Of a DNA stretch of 64,000 nt, positions 1 to 12,760 are shown in pieces. The notes under the pieces are model-generated. The model was given only the letters and a program-made list of their open reading frames with translations. It searched no databases and was not told the DNA's origin. This DNA is from Heterodontus francisci (taxonomy: Eukaryota), in NCBI RefSeq assembly GCF_036365525.1, contig NC_090377.1, positions 39,028,201 to 39,092,200 on the forward strand. Reading direction: 5' to 3'. Each line of letters starts with the position of its first letter. Position 1 is the first letter of the stretch. Position numbers and translations under genes: made by a program.

Positions 1-699
1 TGATCTGCCATTGAAATCAATAGTTGCCACTTCAGTTCATTTTCAACTTTCATTCTAAACAGGCAGCGTTTAATTCCTTAGAGTGGATAATGCTCCTGTT
101 TAAAATGGATTTCTAAATATTTAAAGTGCTGCTGAGCGGAATATATTTTGTTGAATGAAACCAGCTGCTGTTACGATTAGCAAAGCCTTCTCTGCTCACT
201 GGTGCATGAAAAATTTTAAACAGGGACGTTTTGAACTCTCATCTTAAGCAGTGTTAGACACAGAAGTGTGTTTTGTTTGAGCTTTTTAAACAATTTGTTA
301 AAGAAACAACAGAAGCGAGATACCTAAGTGCTACCTGGTGATTATTTTCCCGAACAGCTGTGAAATAATTTTTCTGCATGGAACAATATGCCAATAAAGG
401 TAGAATCTATGTACTAAATTGCATGGGCTGTGTAAATTTAACATGGGATATGCTTTGAACCAGTCTGCATTCAACCAAAGTATTGTGGTGCTGGCAAAAG
501 AATTGGAATTTTGAAAAAGTCACCAGCTTGAACTGAATAAAGATTTATTTGCAGATCCCATTGCAGTTATAATATGATATCGTTGGCAGCCTCTTTGTGT
601 GTATCATTAGTAAATTTGGATGTGTGGAAAATATTAATAGCTAATATGATATACTCTGTTCTACAATTCTCTTCTCCCTATCTATTTTCCTTCATATAG

Positions 700-849
<150 letters not shown>

Positions 850-942
850 TGAAAATTGAGCTTTTTTCCCCTTTTGGCACCTGATTTGAGTAACATCTCC
901 TGCCAGTTTAGGGGTTCTCTGCCAATGAAGGTTACACACATG

Positions 943-3013
943 GGGCTGAATTTTTGAGGCTCCCCTGAAATCGGGAACAGAGGTGGGGAAGCCCCAAAAT
1001 ACTGGCACTGGGCAGTCTGTCAATTTCAAGGCGCAACAGGTGGAGTGTGGGGCGGTGGTGGGGGAACCGGGACAAGAATCCCGCTCTCCTCCCAATTAAG
1101 GCCAGTTAACACATTGAAAAGCTCATTAAGAGCTTATTGGGGCCTTAAGTTCAAATTTTGAAAAGGCCATACAGGTTACTTGCACCTTCAGAAGCAGTTT
1201 ATTTGAAGGCAGGTGGGTAAAGAGTGAGAGTCCAGCTGTGGCTACCCCATGTCGTCACTCCGGCCCCATAAGAGGGTCAGCAGGGCAAAGGGGAACTGGG
1301 CACTTGGTAAGGGGGTTCCCTTGGCACTGCACAGTTGGTAGAGTGAGCACTCAATGCCTGAACTTTGAATGGGATCGACACACCCCTGGCATTGTGAAGG
1401 CAGAAGAGTAGGGGGTAAGGCTGCCAAAGACAATTGGGTGGCCAGCTGCCCAGAAGGAAGGCTCCAGCTGGCAATAGGGCCACAGCTGTCAGATTTTGGG
1501 CCCAGTGGCAATAAGGGGCAGCACCCCTCACAGAAAAGGCAGAGCCCTGGACATTAGGGGGGCATGGGAGAGGAAAGAGGGGCAGGAAGGCAACGGAGCC
1601 AAACCCTCAACACAGGATCTGCTGCCGAAGACAGAGCTACCTGGAGATGACTGGGAACCAGTGCTGCCGGAGACTGCGACTCTCCAGGTAGATGTTCATG
1701 GACATCTGTGCCCTCATCGCCAAAGATCTCACACCTCGTAGCACTGGTCGCCATGTTTTGCCAGTAGCCATCAAAGTCATTGTGGCCTTGAACTTCTTTG
1801 CTTCTGGGTCCTTCCAAAGATCAGCTGTGGACCTTAGTGGCATTTTGAAAATGGGTGCACACCACTCCATCTTGCAGCTGACTGATGTCCTCTTTGCCAG
1901 AGCTGGATAGCACATTCATTTAATGACAGATGTGTGGAAGCGACAGAGGACATTGGGTTTTGCCTCCATCGCCAGATTCCCCCAGGTGCAGGGCATCATC
2001 CATTGCACCCATATGGGCAACAAGGCTTCCACAACTGGCCAGTGATATCCATCAACAGGAAGGGTTCTACTCCTTCAAAGTTCAGCTGGTCTGCGACCAC
2101 AAGAGCTTCCTCTGTTTTCCTGGCAGCTGCCATGACTCTTTCATCTTCCGTTAGTCCTGACTGACTCAGATCTTCACTCCAACCCCAAAGTGTGTGGATG
2201 GATCCTAGGAGACAAGGGAAATCCCTTAAAGAGTTGGCTACTGACTCCTTTAGTGGGGCCCTAGACAGAGGTACAGAAATTATGCAACCAATGCCATCTG
2301 CTCAACTGGCCAAACATTGGGCAGGCCATCGGGCTTTTGCAGATGTGATTCCAGTGCCTAGGCCAGTTGGGTGGTGCCCTTCAATGCCCTCCTGCAAAGG
2401 TCTTGATCATTGTGGTGGTCTGCTGCTCTCTCCATAACATGGCCCTCCAGAGAGGTGTGGACCTTGAGGATTGTGAGGGCCTGGAAAGAGACAGCTCATC
2501 GGGGAGGAACAGGAAGTAAGAGAGGAGGAGGAATTGGAGGTGGAGGGAGATGATGCTGAACAGGGAGGTGCCATGCTGCAAAATGAGGTGGCTTCCTCCT
2601 GCCTCCCTCTGGGAAGAGAACCTCCCTCCTCTCCCTTATGGCCTCCAGCATTAGATCCAGGTCGGCATCTATGAAGCTAGGGCCTGCCCTGCCCCAGGGT
2701 GCCAGGCCTCCAGCTCTCCAGTGACATCTCACTTCCTTCGGTGCAGTGGAAGGTTTTAGCACAAACTGTAGATCACTCCCTCAGGATAACCAGCAGCCTC
2801 AGTGGGGTGTTTAAATGAGTCTTACACTTCATCTGGCCCACCTCCATTCCTTCCCCTTCTGGCTCTAATTGGACAGGAAACCCATCTCCATACCAATTAA
2901 AGGCTCACCCCCATGAAAATCTGAACTTTAATTAGTTTCCCGCCAGAGGAGGGTTTCTGACCCAACAACAGACCAGGCTTCTGTTTCCCGCCTCCGTGGT
3001 GAAAATTCAGCCC
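943..3013. mobile_element. Decayed PIF/Harbinger DNA transposon with convergent transposase and Myb/SANT-like remnants
   Basis: TIRs GGGCTGAATTTT ... AAAATTCAGCCC. The + strand transposase remnant (about 1690-2460) includes AIKVIVALNFFASGSFQ and FKVQLVCDH. The - strand remnant FIDADLDLMLEAIRERREVLFP (about 2590-2720) is Myb/SANT-like. Frameshifted. Confidence 0.85.
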
Positions 3014-4388
3014 ATTCTTTCACATTTTTTTCACCCGCTTCAGTGCTGTGGGTAACGTGCCTATTCTTTAAAGAAAGTAAACTAGACCAAAGAAACTATC
3101 GTATGCATTGAAGGTTATAATGACATTCCTGATTATAGACTTAACAGTACTGCTATTAGTCACTCTGGCACCTTGCAGTGTGAAAAGGAGAACTTAATTT
3201 CAAACACAGTTTGTGTCAGAAATGCAGTACTGTTGCCTGACATCATTAGCTATCTGTGGTACACCCGTAGACTTTCAATGTGATGAGTGAGTGGGGAATT
3301 ATTTTTTCTCTGCAGTTGACAGCTTACATATAGTTTATCTTATTTATGTGGGCTGGCAGCTGGGAAAAAATGTCCACATATTCCCACTGTTATCTAGTCT
3401 GCATATCTCCTTTTAAAAACTGGAATAGTCTCTGATTTTTTTTCAATAAGAAATGCTATGAATATACTTTTGAAAAGCACTAAGGTATTTATATTGAGAC
3501 TATGCAGGACGTTTAGTTCTATTTAGATGTCCAGTGTATAAAATATTGCAATGTGGCTATTATTTTTGTTGTGGCCAGTTTTAATTTGTCACAACATTTT
3601 ACTTCAATATTTGGTGGAGAATGGGATTGAGCAAAGTTGAATTTCAGCAAATTAGACCATATCTTTGCTGTGATAGGTTTTCTTTCCTATTTTTTGACCA
3701 AAATCTTTGGGTGTGAAATTCTGATCTGTGCCGCTGCTGGAGATGGCACTACGGAAACCGATCACCCTCCTAGTGGAGCGCACTGCGCCTCCAACTGCTT
3801 CTGGCGTGGCCTGTGCGGAGCCCCATGTAGAGAAGGTCACTCGTGCAGGCGTCCCCTGCGTACGCTATCATGATGTCACTCAGCCCTACCAGCTGATGTG
3901 GTGTCCAACTTCCAAAACTGGACCATGCAAGTCAATTGGACAGATTTGCTTGTCACTCACCAACGAACAAGCATTCAGCTGCAAGAGGGGCCCAGACCTA
4001 GCATTACTTAAAGCAGCCTGCAAGTAAGGTAATTCTGAATAACTTCTGCTATTGCAAAGTCTCTGAAAGTACTTTGGAGTAAGTGCTTTTGGAGGTGTTG
4101 GGCTGAGTTCCTGGATTTGGCTGGGAATGTGGCTACATCATCACAAGAAAGGCAGAGGATTTGGTGGCCTGTCCACACAAAGGTTGCAACAGGTATGGGG
4201 GCTGCAGTTGCACTGCCTCTCAGTCTGCAGCAGGACAGAAAAATGCAGCAGAGGGTGCAGAGAGGGGAAGCTTTGTGTGAAGTCCTCCATGCTCCTCAAA
4301 CGTGACAGGAGATTGTCTGACAGACCAGTCAACGCACCCAACATCTTGGTCTGCATGCCCATCAGCATTCTCCTGCTGTCCCATTGAC

Positions 4389-5622
4389 TGTTAATTGTAT
4401 ATCAATTGTGTTTAATTATATGCAGGTGGAGGGTGTTAATTAGGGTTTTACTTGAACACATAAGGAGACACTTACTGAAACTGAGTGGGGGTTTGAGTTC
4501 GGAGCTACATGTTTGTTATCTTTTAGGCTGTGTTTGCTGACAGCACAGCCACTAGGTGGTGCAGTACTGGCACATCCGCAAATGCAGCCTCTTCCACTGT
4601 AATGTCACTGTCTGCGACGTCTGAGGCAGCTGCCAGGATTAAAGATGGCGCTACTCAATTTGTCACAAAAAAACAAATTCAACCCAAAAATCCCCTCAAT
4701 GGCTGCCATCGCTGCCTCCATTCCACCCCCAACAGTCCCCCTCCTGCAATTGCGCTTCTCTTTGCTGCTCCCTCCTGCGCCTGTCTTCTCACCACTCGCT
4801 CCCCACTGCCTTCCCTTAGCCACTCGCTCCGGCCTCGCGGCTCCCCCCCACCTCCAGTCGCTCACTCTTCCTTCCACTCCCCCTCCCTCCACCCCGCTCT
4901 CCAGCCACTTGCTCCTCACTCCCCCCCGCCCCCCCCCCCACCCCTCCAGCCACAAGTTCCAGTCCGTGCCGCTTCCCTCCTGTAGGCTACTCGGTTCCAC
5001 GTTCGATCACAAAGAAGCAAGGTGGGCCGCAAGGGGTGACGGTGCGACGTAGGAGAGAGTGGCCGAAAGGAGGGAAGTGGCATGGCCTGGAGCTAGCGGT
5101 TGGAGAGGAGGGAAGCGGGGAGTGAGCAGCCGGAGAGCGGGGTGGGGGTGGAAGCGAGGAGCGGGGAACGATCAGCCAAGGGGTGGGGGGGGGGAATTGG
5201 ATGCAGTGGTATGGTCTGGAGCGAGTGGCCAAGGGGGGAGAGTGGCCAGTGGGGCGGGAGTGAGTAGCTGAGGGGGGAAAGCGGGTGGTGGGAGTGAGTG
5301 GCTGAGGGAAGGCAGTGGTGTGGTGGGGATCGAGCGGGATGAAGCGGTGATTGAAGCAGGGATACTGTTCGGGTTAATGGAGACGGCTATTGAGGGATGA
5401 GGACATCATTGCGTGGTGACGCCATGTACATGCAGGCGTGCATTCATACTGGCAGGTTGGCAAATGTTCGCACACATTGATGATGTCCACGATCGCTCTG
5501 CGCATGTTCTGCGTTGTCAGGAGCCACTTGTCTCTTTTACTCTGAATAAATGTACGACTGAGTAAAGATTGGCTGCAGTTTCATTCTTCAACAAAAAGCC
5601 AACAATTGCTTTTCTGGAATAA
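4389..5622 (+). mobile_element. Probable solo LTR interrupted by a C-rich/G-rich insertion
   Basis: Starts TGTTA, has AATAAA near 5545, splits the Harbinger remnant, and TCTTTTA recurs on both sides of the inner insertion. Confidence 0.4.
4526..5532. repeat. Unclassified element with a C-rich half and a complementary G-rich half
   Basis: 4803-4830 is an imperfect reverse complement of 5291-5318, and strand composition switches from C-rich to G-rich around 5000. Confidence 0.55.
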
Positions 5623-6608
5623 GCCATAGAGGTCCTCATCTGAGTTCTCTGCAGCAGATCTCACCCTCCTGTGAGTTGGCACATGAACTATCCTGTGCCT
5701 GCAGCCAATCATGCCCAGTGACTTACAACATGCAGATTCCAACTCAATACGAGTCTTTAAGGTGGCCTGTCCTATCAAGCTTGCAGTATGAACCTGATTT
5801 TGCTGCTTGTACTTTATACTGTAAAGCTATAAGCATCAGAATAGTCATGTCATACAATAACAGTTTTAAGAGGGAGTTTTTAACCTGACAAGGTGGTTGG
5901 GTTTGTGAGTATTTGGAAGGTTAAAAGTGCTGAACTTGCTAGCTTTCAGGACGCCGGCTGCAAGCCACCGACTTCTGCCTTTAACCTCAGCATGATCTGC
6001 AGCGCATGGGAAACCCCTGTGGGACAGGTCGGTTGACAATTTAATTGCTCATTATCAGCTTCTTTAACCCTGATTTCTGACTTTATCAGTGGGTTTCCTG
6101 TGCTTTGTGGAGCTCACCAGGAAAATCAAGTTGCAAGGACAGCAAGATTTGAGGGGGCTGAACAAGTGACAGGCAAGAAATGCTTTAAATACTGAGATCT
6201 CGCACCAGCTTCCTTGTCTAGGTGAAAGGCTTTTGCTCCCAGGACTTGTTCTGAGAACGTGCTTTCACTGCTTTGGAGGTGATTTCCAACACTTTGGAGG
6301 TCATTTCTACTACTTTTGAGTCTACATCTGCACTTCCCAGCTGTCAACCTTCAGTTCAGCATGGGAGCCACTTATGCAGCTTTAACTTACGCCTCAGATA
6401 AGGAACAAGATGAGCAGCAGCAACAACACCACCAGCGGCGATAGACTACTGGACTAAGTAGCTACAATGGTCTTCCTTGTGAGCATTCCCTGTGTTACAA
6501 CATGCTGCATGAAAAGAAACACCTCCTTTCTTCCCTCACACTTTCATGATGACCTTAACTTTAGTTATCAACTGACTGACCAATATTTGTAGTTTTACCT
6601 GACATGTG

Positions 6609-7267
6609 GGGCAGGATTTTCCCCCCCATGAGGGTGAGTGGGGTGGGGGGCAAGTACGGAGGCAGGTGGGTGCGAAAATTGGCACCACCGGCCTGTATTC
6701 CAGTTTGCCGGCACCATCTGGCCCCTGGGCCTTTTTCCCAATTAAGCCAGCTAAGGTGAGTTAATGGCCTATTAAGGCCAATTGTCAGAGTTTGGCTGGA
6801 ATTTTTCAGTCGGCCTGCAGGTTCCTCGTAGAACGGGTACAGGCCAGCTGCCTGGAGGCAGCCTCCCAGCGGCAGACCCAGGGGCCAGCACTTTAGGCAG
6901 GCTTTGAGGCCCTCCCTGCCTGCCTGGCCACAGCTGTGGCTGCAGGCTGCCCTGTGGCGGTGTTCCCCTTCTACAATGGTGGCCCAACTGGTGTGGCCAT
7001 TTCTAATTTAAGAGATTTAAAGGTTGCTGAGAGGGTGCTTCAAGATGGTGGTGACCTCTCTCTCTCTGTTACCTGAAATGCAGACTGCAGCCCCTTCAAG
7101 ACCATGCCCACCATCCTTAATTGGATGGCGAGTCCGCCCTCTGGGCACTAATTGGCCGATTCAGAGAAAATCACTGCCAGGTGGCTGTTTCCTGTACAGT
7201 GTGGGGTATTGGAATCTCCATTTAACCTCAATGCCAGGGTCCCGACCCAAGAAGCAAAATCCTGCCC
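6609..7267. mobile_element. Harbinger-type MITE
   Basis: Perfect 12-bp TIRs GGGCAGGATTTT ... AAAATCCTGCCC; flanks GTG/ATG; internal GGCCAATT/TAATTGG motifs. Confidence 0.8.
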
Positions 7268-7269
7268 AT

Positions 7270-7620
7270 GTTATCAAAACCTCTCATAATTTTATGCACC
7301 ACCATTAGATCTCCTCTCAACCTTTCTTGTTCTCATGAAAATAGCCCCAATTTCTGCAGTTTCTCCTCACACCTGAAATCTCTCATATATAGTAAATGCT
7401 TCGGTATCCCCTCCATGGCCTTGACTTCTTTAAAGTAAGGTGCACAAAACTGGAAACATATTTTGACTGTGGTCTGACCAATGATTTGTCGAGGTTTAGC
7501 ATAATCACTTAGCGTATGTACTCTGTGCCCTTACTTATAAAAACTATGATCCCAAATGCTTAGTTCCAGCTTTATCAGCTTTTTTTCCCATTTCTGAAGA
7601 TTTGGACTCAAATATTTCTA
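7270..7620 (-). mobile_element. Old CR1 LINE fragment
   Basis: Degraded reverse complement of the CR1 ORF2 C-terminal region, similar to younger copies in this window. Confidence 0.6.
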
Positions 7621-7866
7621 CTTTTCCACTCCTTTTAATGTAGAAAGTTCAAAGTTCTGCTTTTCCTTAAAGTAGAATGCCAGTGGGCAATGTAATTTGG
7701 TGCTGTCCTCTCTCATTAATCTCAGAATTATACCACTATGAACCTGCTAGGTACAGTCAAAAAGTGCTAGATAAGACTTATGAATTAGGCCATATTTTTC
7801 TTCTGTTAAGTTTTATTCATTTTAGGAGTTCCAGTTGACTAACAAATTTGTATCATTTTATTGCAG

Positions 7867-8140
7867 ACGCTATGACAACCATAAAACTGGGACTTTCGTG
7901 CTGTATAAAAGCCTTTTGCGAGAATTTGAAGTTCATGTACGTCAGTGGGACTGTGGCAGTCGCCACTATGCTGTGTCCTGTAACTGTGGAGTGGTTGCCA
8001 GGGAGGGCGATGACATCATTGCATTTGACATGTGTAATGGGCACTTTCAAGAGACCAGGCCTCATCTGTCTGTCAAAAGCAGTGGGTCAGAACCACATCA
8101 TGTCAAAATAATGGACGCACGCCAGGGAAAGAAAATCACT
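7867..8140 (+). CDS. VWDE: VWDE coding exon (VWD domain)
   Basis: ttgcag|A CGC; reads [58 protein letters not shown]...GKKIT; donor |gtgcgt. 274 nt. Closely resembles human VWDE as I recall it ([24 protein letters not shown]). Confidence 0.96.
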
Positions 8141-8402
8141 GTGCGTATTTTATTTCTTAAATCATTTGTCAACTGTCCAGCTTAATATGTTTTTGTTTTT
8201 ATTGATTGGATATAAGCTAAACTACAGTTTAACTAATAACACTTAATCAACAACAATTTTTCCATTCATATATGTGCTGACAAGACAAAAGATAAAATTC
8301 CATAATAGTAGTTATATTACAGTCATTGACAGCAACACTAGTCATATGATCTTTGGTTTAAAAAACTACGGTATGATAGGGTAGAGTTTTCATTACTTAT
8401 GG

Positions 8403-9281
8403 CAGCGGTTCTCGAACTTTTCTAGTTGAAGGACCCCTTTCCAAATGGATTAGTTACCATGGATTCCCCCATCTAAATTATAATACTATATAATACCCAT
8501 AATATGAAAGTGCAGCATGCAAAGAGTGCTTTAATAATGCTTTTAAGAAAGCAGGTATTACCTACAGGTATCAGTGAGATGGATGTGCCTCCTTCTCACA
8601 GCAGAGTCTCTGCCTTTAGTGTGATGTTTGACAATGATACTCGTATACCATTCCCCACTTCAAGACAGGACCTATACTTTGTCTTCATCATTGCCACAGC
8701 AGAAAATGATATTTCACAAATGTATATCGTTGGGAAAGGTACCACACTTTCATTGCTTCTTTTACCAGTTCTGGGTACTCCACAGCAACAGGTGGCCAAA
8801 ACTGAAACTTTATTCCCATCGAGTAAGCACAGGGCAATTCCACCAGCTCCTCTTCTGGTTTTCCACTTAGGCAGCAAGATGTCTAGCAAATGTTGAAAAC
8901 GGATCGCAAGCCTAATCATACTTTTCTGTTTACGTTTTCAAAATAAACACTGAATTACTCTGCCAATGTTTTAAGATGAGCATTGATCATTTCTTTCACA
9001 CACACAACTGTCATTGTATTTGCAGAAACTCAGTCCATCCTGGGTTCATATCTGAAACTCCGTTGCCCAGTCTAGTTTTCCAAATCTCAATTTTCTTCCT
9101 AAATGTCATAATCTTGTCACTCACATTGAGTATGACGGGTGTAAGGGAGGAGGCATGGGAACGATGGGCAGTCACTGCAATAATGCTTCAATCCACAGCC
9201 TTGCCAGCGAGCTGCTAATCACTGTACTTGTTTTGCAGACCTCCTGGAGAGTCTCTGCATACCCTAGTTTGAGAACCATTG
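8403..9281 (-). mobile_element. hAT (Charlie/Buster-type) DNA transposon, internally deleted
   Basis: TIRs CAGCGGTTCTC ... GAGAACCATTG; 8-bp flanks ACTTATGG/ACTCATTG. The - strand peptide PFPTIYICEISFSAVAMMKTKYRSCLEV..IRVSLS matches the hAT C-terminal dimerisation motif. Confidence 0.85.
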
Positions 9282-9529
9282 ACTCATTGTGCTAACTGAC
9301 ATTGCGAAACAGATAAAGGTTTTGCAAATTGATTGAAAGAATATCCTAATGTTTATCAGCATTGTATATTGCCAGTGACCATAAGCCGTCACACTTTGAA
9401 CTACTGTTGACAGCTGTTAAGTTTTGGTGTTATGTATTGGTATTATTACTTATCTCTGGTGCGTTTTCCCTGTTCTCTGTTTTTAAATAAATTCTAGCTT
9501 ATAATACAATAAGTAGAAGCTTCAGTACT

Positions 9530-10098
9530 TCACAGAATCACAGAATTGTTACAGTGCAGAAGGAGGCCATTTGGCCCATCGTGTCCACACCAGCTCTCCG
9601 AAAGAGCAATTTTCACAGTTCCATTTCCCCTGCCTTCTCCCTGTAACCCTGCAAATTCTTCTTTTCATGTAACAGTCTAATTTCCTTTTGAATGCTTCAA
9701 TTGAACCTGTCTCCACCATACTCTCAGGCAGTGCATTTCAGACCTTAACCACTCTCTGCATGAAAAAGTTTTTCCTCATGTCACTTTTGCTTCTCTTACC
9801 AAATACTTTAAATCTGTGCCCTCTCATTCTTGATCCTTTCACAAGTGGGAACAGTTTCTTTCTATCTGCTCTGTCCAGACCCCTCATGATTTTGAATACC
9901 TCTATCAAATCACCTCTCAGCCCTCTCTTCACCAAGGAAAACAGCCCTAACTTCTCCAATCCATCTTCATAACTTCATCCCTGGAACCATTCTCGTGAAT
10001 CTTTTCTGTACTCTCTCCAATGCCCTCCCGTCTTTCCTAAAGTGCGGCACCCAGAACTGGACGCAATACTCCAGCTGAGGCTGAACTAGTGTCTTATT
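9530..10098 (-). mobile_element. 5'-truncated CR1 LINE (3' end)
   Basis: Peptide LGLFSLVKRGLRGDLIEVFKIMRGLDR...RGHRFK; short tandem tail TCACAGAA x2. Confidence 0.9.
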
Positions 10099-11106
10099 AA
10101 GGTAGTAAGGCTAGAGTCTTAACTTGCTTTTTTGAACAGTAAATTAAAATAAATAACACAACATACTTCGGCTGTAAGGTAAATCATTGCCATTTAGATT
10201 ACAGAAATGACCTCCTTTATTGGGCTTTATAACAATACTGAAATTCCAAAAATAATTCAATGCAGTAGATATAACTATAAATGACATTATCTTAGATGCA
10301 ACTGATCAAGTAGAAGTGATTTGTTGACATCCTATACCATGAAGAGTTAAAATCAGCAATTTTGTTCTCTGTGTTCATCAACATTAAACTGAGTGGAATC
10401 TGAAATTTTAACTCAATATAATGAGCAACTACTGTGCAGATAAGGAATGTTTATAGAGTGAGTAGAAAGATATATAAGATAGTTGTGCTGACTGCAGTTT
10501 GACAGCTTATTTCACACTGCAAGTTTGGTCTTCACACCAAAGATAGACTTGTAAAGTATAAATTGGATTGTGAAGATCCAAAATGACTCCACAGCAAAGT
10601 TGAGTGAGACTACTTCCTTCAAGGAGTCTCTTCCCCTTTGTTCTGATAGTGACTTCAGATTCAGGCTGCATTTACACCAAAATTACAGAAAGGGTGCAAA
10701 GCCACTTGCATTGACGCAACTAAATTGTTGCTCTCCAAGTTTTGTGGGGATGTTCACTATGTAGAAAATATAACTACAGCAAACCTTAGTAAGGTACTCA
10801 TTGTAAACTATATACAAAGCAGTTTATAACGCACAGTATTATAATAGTTCTCAAAAGTGGAGGTGTAAGACCTGGGCCCTATACCAAAAGTTGTGTAATA
10901 TCAGAAATCCTTATGCAGTGCACCTTAAAAATAACAGGGATGCCACTTAAATCTAGTGAAATTTAAATTTGACCAAATCTTCCCTTCATCTACCAAAGTG
11001 TCATATAGCACTTCCTGGTACGTGCTGAATTGAGGAATATTTGTTTATTGAAAAAAGGTAGCATTTTTATGTGATTAAGAACTAACAGTAAGACTATTAC
11101 TACAAG

Positions 11107-12733
11107 TGTCACGGAACTGTCTTTTTTCCTCCTCGGATTAAAAACAGTGTGTGCTTTTAAGACTCTGTTTGAAAATAGTGTACCTTTAAGACTGAGCAAA
11201 GGGTGCCAGCTGCACCTGTCCCTAGGCCACAGCAGGAGGGAGAGGTCACATGGTATAATGTTTTGATTTGACTGTGTGTAAAACTGGCAAAAAATGGCTT
11301 AAACCAGTTTTTGAGAGACGCTCCAGCGAGGTGTGCTACTGAGGAAAAGAGCTGTCTATTCTCTCTCAGCAGAAATTCTACAAGAAGCTGTAGGTCGAGC
11401 TAATTGCCTAAGGAGGGAAAAAAAGCCCTTTTTTTGAAGAGACTGTTTGTATTGCTGAAGGTAGCAAAACTCCTTTTCTTTCCTTCCGAGCCAGGGAGTA
11501 TTTGCTTCAAGCTTGAATCTCTTGACTGATTGTGTCAGCTGGAATTTGAAGTAAAGTTTCAACTGAGAGGCTGTCGGTTTTAAAATTCAAGTTGACTTAT
11601 TGCTGTGCTCAATGTTGAAAGAACTGTTTGATGCTTGCCACAGCCAAAGTGTTTTGAATGCCTATCAAGAACAGACTATTTCATCAAATCCACGTGGAGA
11701 CTCTGAGTGGCATTTGATGATTTTCACATTAGGATACCTCATCCATCAGGAACGTAACCCACAAAGACTTATTTATTTATTCTTAAACAGCTAATTTTTA
11801 AAACATAGTTTTTATTAAAGAAACTGGTTAACCGTTATTTTTGAGTGTATGTGTGTGAAAGGGGGGAGTTAGGTTAAAATAAGAAGTTATAAGGTCTTTA
11901 GATATAGGTTTATCTTAACAGTGTTTAAGATTTCATTTTAATAAATAGTTAATTTGTTGGTGTCTAAAGATACCTGGTTTGGTCTGTTTTATTCCGAGGG
12001 TTACTCGAGTGTCATGTCGCGTTTGCAGACGTCTTTAAATAATGACGTGGACGGCCGGTGGGTCTGATACCAGTGGCGAGCTCGCTGTACAATGTGTCTT
12101 TGGGGATCCTGCCATCTTCCATGCGGCTCACATGGCCAAGCCATCTCAAGCACCGCTGACTCAGTAGTGTGTACAAGCTGGGGATGTTGGCCGCCTCGAG
12201 GACTTCTGTGTTGGAGATACGGTCCTGCCACCTGATGCCAAGTATTCTCCGGAGGCAGCGAAGATGGAATGAATTGAGACGTCGCTCTTGGCTGGCATAC
12301 GTTGTCCAGTCAGTTGCCAGCATTCGCCAGAGTTGGCGGGCAGCCATAAAGACAGAGCTAAAATCTGGCGAGTCGAAGAGACTTAGTAGTTGGCAGGAAA
12401 AAAGACAGAGGCGCAAGGGGAGAGCCAACTGTGCAACAGCCCCGACAAACAAATTTCTCTGCAGCACGTGTGGAAGAGCCTGTCACTCTAGAATTGGCCT
12501 TTATAGCCACTCCAGGCGCTGCTTCACAAACCACTGACCACCTCCAGGCGCGTATCCATTGTCTCTCGAGATAAGGAGGCCCAAAAGAAAGAAAAGAAAG
12601 AAACTAGAGTGTTACTAGAGTGTTTAATTTGGCTGTTTTCTGGTTGGGTGGCAAGAAGCTTTAATAATATGCTGCGACCTGTGGAGTGATGGGACTGAAT
12701 TGACGGTGCATTGCTCCCGCCTCGGTCGTAACA
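11107..12733 (+). repeat. 5' LTR (contains an RTE insertion)
   Basis: TGTCACGGAAC...GTCGTAACA; colinear with 17020-17995 once about 12013-12613 is removed. Confidence 0.92.
12013..12602 (+). mobile_element. RTE-clade LINE 3' fragment with inverted 5' part
   Basis: The - strand reads RLNSFHLRCLRRILGIRWQDRISNTEVL...LRWLGHVSRMEDGRIPK (12013-12309). The + strand reads ...CSTCGRACHSRIGLYSH followed by an AAGA-type tail (12308-12602). TSD ACTCGAGTGT/ACTAGAGTGT. Confidence 0.9.
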
Positions 12734-12742
12734 TATTTTAAT

Positions 12743-12760
12743 TGGGGGCCCGTCCGGGAA
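12743..12760 (+). promoter_or_regulatory. Primer binding site (tRNA-Pro)
   Basis: TGGGGGCCCGTCCGGGAA matches the standard tRNA-Pro PBS TGGGGGCTCGTCCGGGAT at 16 of 18 positions and lies 9 nt after the 5' LTR. Confidence 0.88.

Larger units (their letters stand above)
3705..6600. mobile_element. Heavily decayed Harbinger-related remnants interrupted by later insertions
   Basis: The - strand peptides LMGMQTKMLGALTGLSDNLLSRLRSME (4141-4368) and RRVRSAAENSDEDLYG (about 5625-5680) appear to be two halves of one accessory ORF. A CYNMLH-like transposase C-terminal remnant lies near 6490-6510. Boundaries are approximate. Confidence 0.45.

Noticed and set aside
1692-2460. HARBI1-like host gene
   Set aside because: It has frameshifts and stops and lies between TIRs, so it is a decayed transposon and not the domesticated gene.
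4530-5271. Overlapping Pro/Gly-rich ORFs of 70-151 aa
   Set aside because: These are by-products of low-complexity C-rich and G-rich DNA, with no domain or splice support.
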